DNA of 63,313 nucleotides, the filler included, from Chiloscyllium plagiosum (taxonomy: Eukaryota), in assembly GCF_004010195.1 (NCBI RefSeq). It is 6 parts of one record of this genome, joined end to end, with 100 filler letters (N's around TTAATTAATTAA, not from the genome) between each part and the next. Parts side by side here need not be neighbours in the genome. Positions count along the whole stretch, not along the records: positions 1 to 13,769 come from NC_057717.1; 5 more parts are not named here. One strand, 5' to 3'. Of the stretch, positions 1-11,419 are shown one piece after another (position 1 is the stretch's first letter; the number at the start of each line of letters is the position of its first letter). The notes under the pieces are model-generated. The model saw only the letters and a program-made list of their open reading frames with translations, was not told the origin of the DNA and did not search any database. The position numbers and the translations under genes are program-made.

Positions 1-678
1 TGCCTGTATTCTGGAAAGAGCTCTTTTTGTGAAAACTATCAGTCTGGCCTTAATGACTTTTGCCTCCTAAACTTCTAACTTCTCCAATCTGATTGTCACA
101 TTTTTGAGAGTCTTTCATGATGAATACCTGCCTTACTTTATGACTTTTAGTCTAACATCGTCCTCCAACCTCTTGTGGTTTTAAGGTCCCTGACTGGTGC
201 ACCCCTTCCAGAGTTAACCTAAATCCTGGCCATGTATAGTAGCCTCATTGGAGAATTCCTTTCCAAACCCCATTCCTCTCCTGTCCTTCAAATGCATATG
301 TTTTGCTTGGTTTTCGTCTCTATCTTCTTATTTTGGCTTTTTTCCTCGAAATGTTTCTGACCGTAATTGCACCATGGTTACCGATGCTGACTGCCCAGAT
401 AGTTCGACTGTATGATCGGCTGGTGTGTACGGTGATACTGCAGGTCTGATTCCTAGATGTGTATGGCGACACCGTGCCTGCCAAGAGGTCAGTGTGTTCA
501 TTGCGCAAGGGCTTTGTCAGTGGCAACTCAGGTTTGATTAAAGTTGTTGAACGGGGTGTAAGAAGTGTGACCAAGTGTTATGCAGATTTGCATATATCTC
601 TTATCCACTAATGTAGTGTCCATATTCAGTTTGTTTTTAATGAGACCTGTTAACATCCACTGGATGGATCTTCTACAG

Positions 679-1011
679 AAACTGCGTAAATCCAGAGTGA
701 TATTGAGATCAGGATCCGTGCACTCAGGGACAAACTTAAAAAGCACTAGACCATTGTGGGCAAGCTGAAGAAAGAACAGAAGAAATATGCAGGTTAGGTG
801 AATTGGCCATGGTAAATTGCCCGTAGTGTTAGGTGAAGGGATAAATGTAGGGGAATGGGTCTGGGTGGGTTGCGCGTCGGCGGGTTGGTGTGGACTTGTT
901 GGGCCGAAGGGCCTGTTTCACACTGTAAGCAATCTAATCTAATCTAATCTAAAGAAACGTCAAAAGGAGCGATTAAAAGCACAGGAGGCCAGCCTCATTA
1001 CACAACCAGAG
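679..1011 (+). pseudogene. CEP350: CEP350-like exon, disabled (in-frame TAA and TAG, SINE insertion)
   Basis: AG acceptor 677-678, GT donor 1012. Reads (E)TA*IQSDIEIRIRALRDKLKKH*TIVGKLKKEQKK/RQKERLKAQEASLITQPE, matching recalled vertebrate CEP350 SDIEGRIRALKDELRKRKSVVNQLKKEQKKRQKERLKAQEASLIKQLE. Confidence 0.88.
786..951 (+). mobile_element. 5'-truncated HE1-type SINE inserted in the CEP350-like exon
   Basis: Matches the 3' half of full SINEs at 18875 and 34036; (AATCT)n tail; TSD AAGAAA at 780-785 and 952-957; absent from the paralog at 37509-37669. Confidence 0.92.
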
Positions 1012-1729
1012 GTGAGATTGAACCCACCACGACGCTGCAGATTTCAGCTGGGGATGTATGGAACATGTGATCTTGAAGAGATTGCAGTTCAGAACATTTC
1101 ACATACTGCGTTCCGAAAACCAAATCAGAATCCATCTCCTTTAATTAAAAATTGTTGGAGTCTATGAAGTTTTGTTCTTGACATCTTATGGAAAAGTGAT
1201 CGAGCAGGTTTCCTTTTTCTATTTCCTCCTCTCTGCCACGAATAAGAGTTTATATATTCTGCCTAACGTTCATTCAAACCGAATTCCTCAAATTCCTCTA
1301 CATAGCGTCCTGTCTTCCTACTTTCAAGAGCTTCCTTTTTCCAATGGGGTCTTGTATATTCTGATCTTATACTTCCTTCTTCCTGACCAATGTCTCATTA
1401 TTCTTTAATAAAACAGCTTTGGGGCCTCTTTCTTGTTAAATGCTGCATATATGAATTGCTGTGATGTTGAATGGTGTGCGCAAGGGTTTGAGAGGAAAAT
1501 CTGGAATAAATAAACTTGTTTTTGATGACATTCAACCTACTGTGTTTTTTTGTTATCCCTGTTAATCTTTCTTAATTTTGTGGTTAACAGATTTTACAGA
1601 TTGCTAAAATTAGATTTGTTCATTCAGAAAAGTATTTGTAGCTTGTCTTGTGCAGTTTGCAAAGTAGTGTAATGCATACTTCTTTACATCCCAAAGTTTG
1701 ATGTCATCTTCTCACCATGTTGCTTTCAG

Positions 1730-1873
1730 TCGTATGATGGGTTTATTAAGGGAACCCAAGCTGAACTCAGTAAGATCTTGATGTTGCCAGCTCAAGTTAA
1801 AAAAAGCGCAGATTTAAACTCTGTACTCTGCTGCTACTGAGAAGCCAAAGATTAAACTGCTCTCTCTGCAGAG
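1730..1873 (+). pseudogene. CEP350: Next CEP350-like exon, frameshifted
   Basis: After tgctttcag acceptor reads SYDGFIKGTQAELS/DLDVASS/AQI*TLYSAATEKPKIKLLSLQR vs recalled CEP350 SYDEFIKKTEAELSQDLETSPTAKPQIKTLSSASEKPKIKPLTPLHR; the donor position reads AT rather than GT. Confidence 0.82.
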
Positions 1874-2412
1874 ATACCTTCAGTAATGGATGTTAATTGT
1901 ATGACCTTATGAAGGGATGTCTCTTGTATTTCTCTTTTATACCCTAGTGGGACCCCTTTTTTCCAAATTAGTGGGTGACCAAATGATTTTTTACTTAAGG
2001 AGACCAGGAAATTTACAGAGACTTTACAGCAGAGAAACGTGCCTTTTGGCCCAACAGGCGAGTTAAGATATTTAGTCTCCATAGGAGTATACTACCACTT
2101 TGTCTCATCCCATTAGTGTATCCTTCTGTATGTTTCTCCCTGAGGTACTTATTCAATTTCCCTTTAAACATATTCATGATATTCAACTTAAGCGTTCCTG
2201 GTACTAGATGTCATGTTGTTCCATGTTGTTACCTTTGTCAGGGGAGAATGTTTTGTTTCGAATTTCTGATTTGATTAATTAATATTAACTTCTTGTTCAG
2301 GTCAGCCTCACAAGTGAAAATATTTCTCGCTGCATGCAGTTTATGCACCTTAATTTTTTAAATTTCTCAATGAAATCTGGTTTTAAAGTTCTCCATCCAG
2401 TTACTATCTCAT

Positions 2413-4115
2413 ACAGTTAATGATAAGGCCCTGGGGAGTGTTGCTGCAAAAAGAAAGACCTCTAGGGATGCAGGTATACAGTTCCTTGAAAGTGGAGTTT
2501 CAGGCAGAAATAGTGGTGAAGAAGTCATTTGGCATGGTTGCCTTCATTGGTCAGAACATTGACTGTAGGTATGAGGCAAGTAGACAAGTCCCCTGGACTG
2601 AATGGGATTTATCTAAGGATTCTTTGGGAAGCTAGGGAGGAGCTAGTAGAGCCTTTGGCTTTGATATTTGAGTCGTCATTATCGACAGGTTTGGTACCAG
2701 AGGACTGGAGGTTTGCAAATGTGTCCTTGATCAAGAAGGACAGTAGAGATGACCCAGTTAATTATAGACCAGTGAGCCTTACTTCTGTTGCAGGAAAAGT
2801 GTTTGGAAAGGATTATAAGAGATAAGATTTATAATCATCGAGCAAACACCAATTTGATATCATATCGTCAACATGGCTTCATCAAGGGCAGGCAGTGTCT
2901 CACAAACTTAATTGAATTTTTGAGAATGCGACCAAGCACGTATATGAGTGTAGGGCAGTTGACGTGGTCTACATAGACTTCAATAAAGCCTTTGATAAGG
3001 TTCCACATGGTAGGCTGTTGGAGAAAATGCAGAGAAATGGAATTGAGGGTGATTTAGGAGGTTGGATTAGAAACTGACTTTCTGAAGGAAGGCAGTGAGT
3101 GGTAGTTGATGGAAAATATCCAGTCTAGAGTCCGGTTACTAGTGGTGTGCCACAAGGATCTGTTTTGCAACTACAGCAGTTTGTCATTTTTGTACATTAC
3201 TTAGACGCAGGCATATATGGATGGATTAGTAAATTTGCAGACGACTCTAAAGTCGGTGGTGTAGTGGACAGAGTAGAAGAATGTTACAGGTTGCAGGGGG
3301 ACTTGGAAAAACAGCAGAATTAGGCTGAGTGTTGGCAAATGGAATTCAATCCAGCTAAATGCGAGGTGATGTACTTTGGGAAGAATAACAGGAAAGCAGA
3401 GTACTGGGTCAATGGAAAGATTCTTGGTAGTGTGGATGTGCAGAGGGATGTTGGAGTCCATGTACATAGATCCCTGAAATTTGGCATCCAGGTGGATAGT
3501 ACTGTTAAGAAGGCATAAGGTGTGTTAGGTTTCATTCGTAGAGGGATAGAGTCCCGGAACCGCAATATCATGCTGCAACTACACAAAACGCTTGGAATAT
3601 TGTATGCCGTTCTGGTGCCCATATTTCGGGAAGGATGTGGAAGCATTGGAAAAGGTGCAGAGGAGATTTACCAGGATGTTGCCTGGTCTGGAGGGAAAGT
3701 TGTATGAGGAAAGTTTGAGAAATTTGAACCTGTTCTCATTAGCAAGAAGGCAAAGAGGGGATTTGATGGAGACATAAAAGATGATCTGAGGCTTAGATAG
3801 GGTAGACAGTGAAAGTATTTTTCCCGAAGATGATGACATCAATGTGCACAAGGGGTCATAACTACAAATTGAGGGGTGATAGATTTAAGACAGATGTCAG
3901 AGGCAGGTTCTTTCGTCAGAGAGTAGTTAGGCCATGGAATGCACTGCCTACCAATGTAGTTAACCCAGCCACCTTAGGTAGATTTAAACAATCTTTTAGT
4001 TCTTCACATGGGTGATGTTGGGATAGTGTAGGGGGGTGAGCTGAGAATAGTTCACAGGTCGGCGCAACATCAAGGACTGAAGGGCCTGCTCTGCGCTGTA
4101 TTTTTCTGTGACTAT
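2413..4115 (+). mobile_element. CR1/HER1-type LINE, decayed ORF2 RT to 3' end
   Basis: ORF fragments VPEDWRFANV, NYRPVSLTSV, QHGFIKGR, SKFADD, ALEKVQRRFTRMLPGL, WNALP; CR1 3' tail near 4060-4115. Confidence 0.93.
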
Positions 4116-4699
4116 AGTACTACAAGAAATTTCTATTGTCTTAACCAGAGTGACAGATCTTGTATCGTGGGCTTACGAAACGTCACTGATCTCTACCAAA
4201 GATGTACGAGGTAGAGCCAGGGCAATAATACGATGCTGCAAAAGGACGGGAACAGATAGCTCCATACAAAACCTTCTCACATAGTTTCATCTCCAAAATC
4301 GAGCGTCTTCTACAAAAGCACCTCTATATCCCACCACAACACTTTGCCCCTCAATCGTGGTATCTGGTTCTGCACTAGGAGTGCAACCGTCTGTTCAGGG
4401 GCCCTGAAACACTTGGTAAAGACTAAAATCATCTGACATTTAGAGCCCCACCACGTTCCATGCATTTTCTATCGTTTTAACTCTGTTCCTGATTTCCCTT
4501 GCTTTTCCTAATGAGCCTGTTCAAGGTTGTTATTACACACACTTGCACAAGCTGTGAATTGAACTCAGGCCTCTCGGTCCAAGATTCGGTATATTTTCAC
4601 CGCATCACAAGGCACCGACTCTAACTTTCCTTGTCTCTTAACTGGTGAGTCACGCTTGAATCAACTCTGCAATTGGGAGGAAGGAGTGGAACTGGAGGA

Positions 4700-5500
4700 T
4701 CGAGCAGTGGCCGGTCCTCCAACCAGAGTGAGTGAGGAGCGGGATCAACGCATTCTCGGGGAGTGAACGCTTCAGGATTGGTCAGAAAGCAAACTGTTTT
4801 GCAGGATTGATCATAGTGGAGCATAAATCAATGTGAGATTTTGAGAAATTTTTGAGATGTAAATCTGATAACGTACATGTTTCCAATCGATTTTCACAAC
4901 TCGAATAAGAAACTTCTTTTCAAGCTCCCAGAACCTTTGGTAATTTACATACTTGGCCGGTATGGTTCAGTTGGACCGAACAGTCTGTTTGCATGGTAGA
5001 CATCTCTATGACTGTAACTCGACAGGTCAATTATTAATGTCTAAGATTTCACCCATGATTCTGTGCGGATATGGATATTCTCTATAAACTCACCGATAAC
5101 CTCAGACATATGCGCAGTTTGGTTTCTATGGAGAGCATGTTCAGTGTCACATTGATCAGGTCAGAGAGAGAGAGTGAGAGAGACATGGAGCTGCTTTCTC
5201 CGGCAGCGGCTGCGATCGGCTTCAGAGAGCAGCGCTCAGATCCGGTGTGTGGGAGCCTCGCTGGATGAAAGGAGCGGAGAGAATTCACAAATCCCGGAAA
5301 AGGTTAAAAAGATCCTCGATGCCCGGGAAAGGAGGTTGCGGTCTCTGATCAGGGAAGTGGCCCAGGATCGCAGCCTCCATGTGTTTGAGGGAAGAGGGAG
5401 CGCGGGTCTCAGAACCGCCATCTTGAGAAGGTCAAGGTGCAGGAGGGCGCGGCTATCGGGGTCTGCAGTACAATCAGAGGAAAGGGAAGACCCATTTTGA
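4700..5500 (-). promoter_or_regulatory. CpG-rich putative ZNF-type promoter/5' region, partly paralogous (inverted) to 39810-40220
   Basis: CCGCCATCTT YY1-type motif ~5415; NRF1-like ATATGCGCAG ~5108; reverse complements of ~4705-4742 and ~5103-5135 resemble ~40181-40216 and ~39817-39850. Confidence 0.45.
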
Positions 5501-5789
5501 TTGAGTAATTCCACGAATATAGCTTCACTGGGCGATCCCGTAGGATTATCCTGTCTCAGTACTGCTGGGATGTTTCACCCAAACAGAACCAGCAGCTCTC
5601 CTCCTCTCTCAGCTCCCCTTCTGTCCTTCCTGCAGCATCTGTCCCCTGAAACATTGAGCTGCCTGTCCTGTCCCTCACTTAGCCATTGTTCTGTAATACC
5701 TGTGATATCCTAGTCCCATCTGAGATTACTTCACTAAAGACTTGAATGCACCTGTTGAATTTTTCATAACATTAGCAATTGTTTAATAC

Positions 5790-5935
5790 TCAGTTACAGG
5801 CTGTTAATTACATCTTTTTTGAAGCATTTAATTCACATTCAATCATTTGCAATGGTGAGATTTGAACCTGTGTCCAGAGAACATTCGCTGAGTTTCTGCA
5901 TAAATTGCCTCACAATAATACCACACGGCCATCAC
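5790..5935 (-). mobile_element. Old tRNA-derived SINE head (SacSINE1/Deu-like)
   Basis: Reverse-strand B-box-like ggttcaaat followed by tgaattaaat tract, as in the copy at 35970-36255. Confidence 0.55.
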
Positions 5936-6002
5936 TTCGGCTGCTCACAGGTTGCTCATCCCAGTGCAATATGAATCAAAATCCCTTCATCCTGCTCAAT
6001 TA

Positions 6003-6690
6003 TTTGATCCTGACACGTTCCTGCACGCTGGTGATATTACTCAGTATCTCTCCATATGGGATCACTCACTGTGTGGGTCTAATTGCTGCCTCTGTCAGCG
6101 CGTCTCGGTCTTGCGGCTACTCCAGATCCTGAGCCAACAGAATTCGCCACTACAGAGAGACGAGGCTGCACCGACCAGGAATGGAGACTGGGATTTTCCA
6201 GATCTCTTTGGGACACAGTGCCATTCGACATGCGTAGCCCTCACTGCATCAGTCTAATTTCCCATTCTGTCCATTCCTCTGTCTCCTGTACGTACTCAGG
6301 AAGTTCCTGACTCAATAGACTTTCCAATTGCTGTGTGTCTCATCCATCACCTCATTGAAGATGATTGGTCAGCCAGACTCAATAGACTTCCCAATTGCTG
6401 TGTGTCTCATCCATCACAACATTGAAGATGATTGGTCAGCCAGAAATACGAAGGGCAGGGAAATCTGGAACCTTCAATAAATCCTGCAGCGGGGTAAGAT
6501 CATTCACAGTGTACAGAGCGGAGAGCATTGAGAGGGTTCCAAACATTGGTTAACAAAACATGACACAGTTACAGTGCTGGAGGGGGAGCACAGTACCGAT
6601 ACACACCAGACTCAATCACCATTGTTGTACTCGGACAGCATCGGGAGTGTCACAGTTATCAATCCAGGCCTGTGCTGTCTTAGTGAGCAC
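6003..6690 (+). promoter_or_regulatory. Repeated non-coding promoter/first-exon-like module, copy 1 of 3
   Basis: Homologous to 25560-26210 and 53263-53470; GGGATTTTCC 6190-6199, TCAGGAA-G-TTCCTGA 6296-6310, ATTGG boxes, GTAAGA donor at 6494. Confidence 0.5.
6309..6443 (+). repeat. 67-bp tandem duplication containing the CCAAT(ATTGG) box
   Basis: gactcaatagactt(t/c)ccaattgctgtgtgtctcatccatcac...gatgattggtcagcca occurs twice in tandem. Confidence 0.9.
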
Positions 6691-7531
6691 CAGTACAACA
6701 GAGGGGAAAGCAGACCTCCCACGAGAGGGTGGGAATGCTGCCTGGGAACTTTCTGCTCTGTGTTCCCTCTCCATCACTATATCTATGAATGTCCCGTGGA
6801 TCAGTGACTTTAATCGTTCTAATGCCAAAAATAGTTCCTGTCTCTATCATCTCCTCCCCTCTCACCAATCCCTTCACATATTTGAATTCTGCTTCAGTCC
6901 AGGCTACCATCCATATCTCTCTAACTTGCTTCAGTCTTGACAACATATCTGTCTTGATAGTCTCTCCTCCAATAACTGGAGACGTAGGGACTGTTTCTCT
7001 GCTGCATGATTCTTTGGCTGAACTTCCCTCAATGTGACAAGTCACGTCTCCCTGAATTTGGCCCATGGCCCTTCAAACCATCTCCTCTCCGTGTTCCTGC
7101 ACAAGTGTGTTTTCCATGTTGTCATTTTACTTGTTTTTACCATTTCCTCTGGCAGTCCGTTCCGTCTATGCACCATCCTCTGTGGAACATGTTGTTCCTC
7201 AGCCCCTTCTTTAAATCTTTGCTCTCTCATCTCACATTTATACCCTTTAGTTTTGGACTCACCTACCCTTGGCCGTTCACCTTACCTATGGCCCACACGG
7301 TTTTACAAACCTGTATAAGGTCACACAGTAGCCCTCTCTGCCCAGGAGAAATATTGACGACAATGTTACAAATATTTCCAACTCATTTACTCAATGCTCT
7401 GACCCATGAAGTGTACCAAATGCTGCTTTTACCACGCTGTCCACCTGTGATGCCACTTCCAAGGAACAATGTCACTGCACCCCTTGGTCTCTCTCCATTC
7501 GACCACACTGGCCAGGGCCCGACCATTAACT

Positions 7532-7764
7532 AGATTAGTGGTGCTGGACGAGCACAGCAGTTCAGGCAGCATCCGAGGAGCAGTAAAATCGACGTTTCGG
7601 GCAAAAGCCCTTCATTAGGAATACTCATCAGCTGTATTCCTGATGAAGGGCTTTTGCCCGAAACGTCGATTTTACTGCTCCTCGGATGCTGCCTGAACTG
7701 CGGTGCTCTTCCAGCACCAATAATCCAGAAACTGGTTTCCAGCACCTGAAGTCATTGTTTTTAC
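7532..7764. mobile_element. Penelope-derived palindromic mini-element
   Basis: 92-bp arms 7533-7624 and 7634-7725 (4 mismatches), 9-nt loop; 14-bp TSD CCCGACCATTAACT at 7518-7531 and 7765-7778; same terminal sequence as the RT-bearing PLE at 60031-61043. Confidence 0.88.
7634..7673 (+). ncRNA. Minimal type I hammerhead ribozyme motif (PLE family 1)
   Basis: CUGAUGA (7640-7646), A, stem II GGGC-UUUU-GCCC, GAAA, CGUC (predicted cleavage after 7667); stem I weak. Confidence 0.65.
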
Positions 7765-8225
7765 CCCGACCATTAACTGTCTTAGTCCTCCCTTGTTTGT
7801 CTTAACAAAAATCCTGAATTAAATTTCATCTTTCACTCCTTGGCCTAGTGGCCCCGTTGATTAAGACCACCTTCGATAACTATAATCTCTGCCCAATATC
7901 CCACTAATCCTGGTATCCACAAACATACTAACAGGGACTCCTACATTTTCACTCATATCGTTTATGTAAATAATGCACAACAATGGCCCCAGCACCAGTC
8001 TTTATGGCACACCCCTGGTCAGAGACTTCCAGTCTGAAAAATAACCCTCTACCACCGCCCTCTGCCTACCACTGTCATCCGATTTTGCATGCAGATGGCT
8101 AGCTCTCCCTGATTCCTTGGGATCCAACCTTAATAATCAATGTATCATGCTCAACCGTTTTCCTTCCCTTGCTGAATCGAGAAACGGCGTCTGTTGATCT
8201 GCCTTCATCTCTCTCCTTGTTCACA

Positions 8226-11200
8226 CAGAGTCATAGAGATGTACAGCATGGAAACAGACTCTTCAGTCCAACTCGTCCATGCCGACCAGATATCCCAACC
8301 CAATCTAGTCCCACCTGCTCGCACCCAGCCCATATCCCTCCAAACCCTTCCTATTAATATAGTCATCCACATCTTCAACAAACTTAGTTAAGTTTATGAA
8401 ACATGTTTTCTCATTCACGAAGCCATGCTGACTGTCCATACTTAGTCTTTGTCTTTCCAAATGCATGGGTATCCTACCTCTCTGAATGATCTCCAATAAC
8501 TTATCCACCCTGATGCCTGGCTCATCAGTCTGTTGTTCCCTGACGTTCCCTTGCATTCCGTATCAAATAATGACACAGCATTATATTTCGAGTCATATGG
8601 CATGGAAACTGTTCAGCGTCAACTGAATAAAACCTAAACTAATCCCGTCCCACCTTCCTGTTTCTGGATCATATCCCTTCAAACCTTTCCTATTCCTGTA
8701 CTAATCCAAATGCCTTTTCAACATTGTAATTGACCTGGCATTCACCCTTTGTTCACAAAATTAATTCCACATGCAAACCTCTCACTGTGCGACAATTTGC
8801 CCCTCATGTCTTTCTTTTTAATGTCTCTCCGCTAAACTTAAAAATGTACACCGTTTTGAAACTCCCCTGTCCACAGTAAAAGATAACTCTATCTATCTCC
8901 CTCATTACTGTATAAACTTCTCTCAGGTCGCCTCTCAACATTCAGGCTTTAATGAAAAATTCCAGTCTATCCAGCCCTTCTTTATTACTGAAACCTTCCA
9001 CACCCAGCATCATCCTGATACATCTCATCTGAACACACTCCAGCTTAGTAATATCCTTCCCATAACTGGGCGACCAGAACTGGACACAGTCTTCCAGAAG
9101 AGGCCTCACCAATGGTCTGTACAATCTAAACGTGACTTCCCAACTCCTATACCCAAAGGACTAAACAATGAAACCAAGTGTGGCAGCACCTTCATAACTA
9201 TCCTGTCTCTCCATGTCGCACACTTCGAAGAATTATGTACGTGAACCCCGAGGTGTCTCTGTTTTACAACACTACCGAAGGTCCTGACATTCATTAAGTA
9301 GGATCTACCCTTGTTTGTTGTACCAATTGCATTACCTCATATTTATTCAGATTGATCTCCATCCAAGGTTTTTTCAGCCATTTCCCCCATCTCCTCAAGA
9401 TCCCTTTGTAATCTTAGCAAACCTCCTTCACTGTCCACTATTCCAGTACATCACGCACATGGTGTCAATCGTACAAATATCTTTGATCATCTTGCCAAAA
9501 TATCTTCCCCAGCTTCCCAAATGTCCTGAGATACTTTGGATCATTCCTGGGGATTGATCTACCTTCGTGTTTTACAGCCTGCAGCACCTCCTCTTCTATA
9601 ATATGGACTCATTTCAAAACATAGAGTCATAGAGATGTACAGCATGGAAACAGACCCTTCAGACCAACTCCTGCAGAATGCTTCTAGTCCCATTTGCCAG
9701 ATTTCTGCCAAAATCCCTGTAAACCCTTCCTTTTCATATACCCATCCAGATGTCTGTTAAATCCGTACCAGTCTCCATTACTTCCACTGGCAGCTTATTC
9801 CATACATGTGCCACCCTCTGTGGGAACCAGCTGTCTCGTACGTCCCTTTTAACAGTTCCACTCACACTTTAAAGATATTCCCTGTTGTTTGGACTCCCCA
9901 AGTCGGGAGAAAATGTCTTGACTATTCATCTATCCACGCCCATCATGATTTTAAAAACCGTTATAAGATAACTCCTCAGCTTCCCATGTTCAAGTGAAAA
10001 TCGCAACAGTTACTTAAGTATTTCCCTGTAGCTCAAACCCTCCAACCCTGGCAACATCCTTGCTTATTTTTTCTGAACCTTTTCAAGTTCCACAGCATCC
10101 TTCCGAAGGCACTGAGACCAGAATTGCACACAGTATTCCAAAAGTGGTCACCCAAACACTGTTTAGTTCCCAGAGCTCTTCAGTCTTTATCCACAGTAAG
10201 TTCCAAAGTGAAATATTTGTTTAGGATCTTGTGATTTCACGCACTGTTGGCTTCGTTGATCATTATGGACACAGGTTTTGTCCCTCGCTATTCTTTTGCT
10301 CTTAACACATGTGTAAAATCTCTTTGGATTCTCCTTAACTTTATCTGCCAAAGCTATCTCATGACACTTTTTGTATTCCTGATTTCCATCCAAAGTGTAT
10401 TCGTGCAGCCCCTGTGATCCTCAGGGATTCCCTTGATCGAGCTGGCTCTACCTGACATGTGCCCTCTTCTTCTTCACCAGAGCATGAACAGTCAGCCAGT
10501 GTTTCCTAATTCTATCAGCATAGAGCTGCGCACTAACGGGAACGTGCATTTTATCTCCCATATAAAATATTTCCACTTGCTAGACTTCCCTTTACTTGCA
10601 AATAGCTTCCACTTTTAAAAATCATCATGTCTAACACCATCAAGACTGGTCTTGCTCCATTTTCCAACTTGAACTTGTGGATCAGGCCTGTGATTTACCA
10701 AAGCTATTTCGAAATTAATACAATTGTGGTGACATTCCAAAGTGCTCCCCCACTAACACCTCAGTACTGTTCCCTATTTTGTTTGCCAAGGGGCGGGCAG
10801 GTTTAGCCCCATTCTCCAGTTGGGCCGTTTTCATATTGACTGGGAGTTTCTGGAACGCACTTAACAAATCCTTTCCATCTAAATGTTTAACACGGTAGCA
10901 AACCCAGTCCAGGTTTGGAAAGGTTCAAATCCCCTACGATTACAACTCTCTTATTCTAACAGATATCTGCGATCTCCTGACAAATTTGCTGCTCCATCTC
11001 CCACTGACTACCGCTGTAGTACAATTGCAGTACAATCATAGCAAACTGATGAACATTGTTTTTATCTCAGTTCCACTAATATTGTTTAACTGGGTGATTC
11101 CGCGTGAATATTCCCTCTAAATACTGCTGTGATGTTTCCCCCAATCAAACCCATCACCGCTGCTCCTCTTCTGCCTCCTGTTCAATCCTTCCTGTAGCAT

Positions 11201-11400
11201 CTATTCCAATGATTAATGAGCTGCTGCCTGTCCATCTGTTGTGAAATTCTACATTACCTATTATATCCCATTACCAGTACACCATCCGTGCCCTGAGTTC
11301 ATCTGCCTTAACTGTTGAGGGCCCCACAGCCCTGCCAGACTAGTTTAAATCTTTTCAAGCAGCTCCAGCAACTCACCCCATCAGGATATGGGTCACCCTC
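8226..11400 (-). mobile_element. Cluster of nested/truncated CR1 LINE fragments
   Basis: Three reverse CR1 3' tails (~8226, ~8590, ~9620); ORF pieces SQHGFVNEK, RPLLEDCVQFWSP, VKENPKRFY; endonuclease region near 10700-11150. Confidence 0.85.
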
Positions 11401-11419
11401 CCGCTCCCAGTTCAGGTGC

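Larger units (their letters stand above)
1..1720 (+). repeat. Segmental duplication, copy A of the CEP350-containing block (paralog at 36831-38376)
   Basis: Colinear similarity from tgcctgtattctggaaagagctc (1 and 36831) to catcttctcaccat; about 21 differences in the 161-bp shared exon by eye (~13%). Confidence 0.95.
7060..8160 (-). mobile_element. Decayed CR1 LINE fragment, interrupted by a PLE mini-insertion
   Basis: Reverse-strand CR1 3' region and RT pieces continuing on both sides of 7532-7764. Confidence 0.75.

Noticed and set aside
1..1720. CEP350 copies as two alleles of one locus
   Set aside because: About 13% exon divergence and independent disabling lesions indicate paralogs.
6040..6075. 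V(D)J recombination signal (CACAGTG on minus strand)
   Set aside because: No ACAAAAACC-like nonamer at 12 or 23 bp and no V/J segment nearby.
5952..6257. Conserved protein (ILSQQNSPLQRD) in the repeated module
   Set aside because: Other copies have stops and frameshifts; the similarity is at nucleotide level only.
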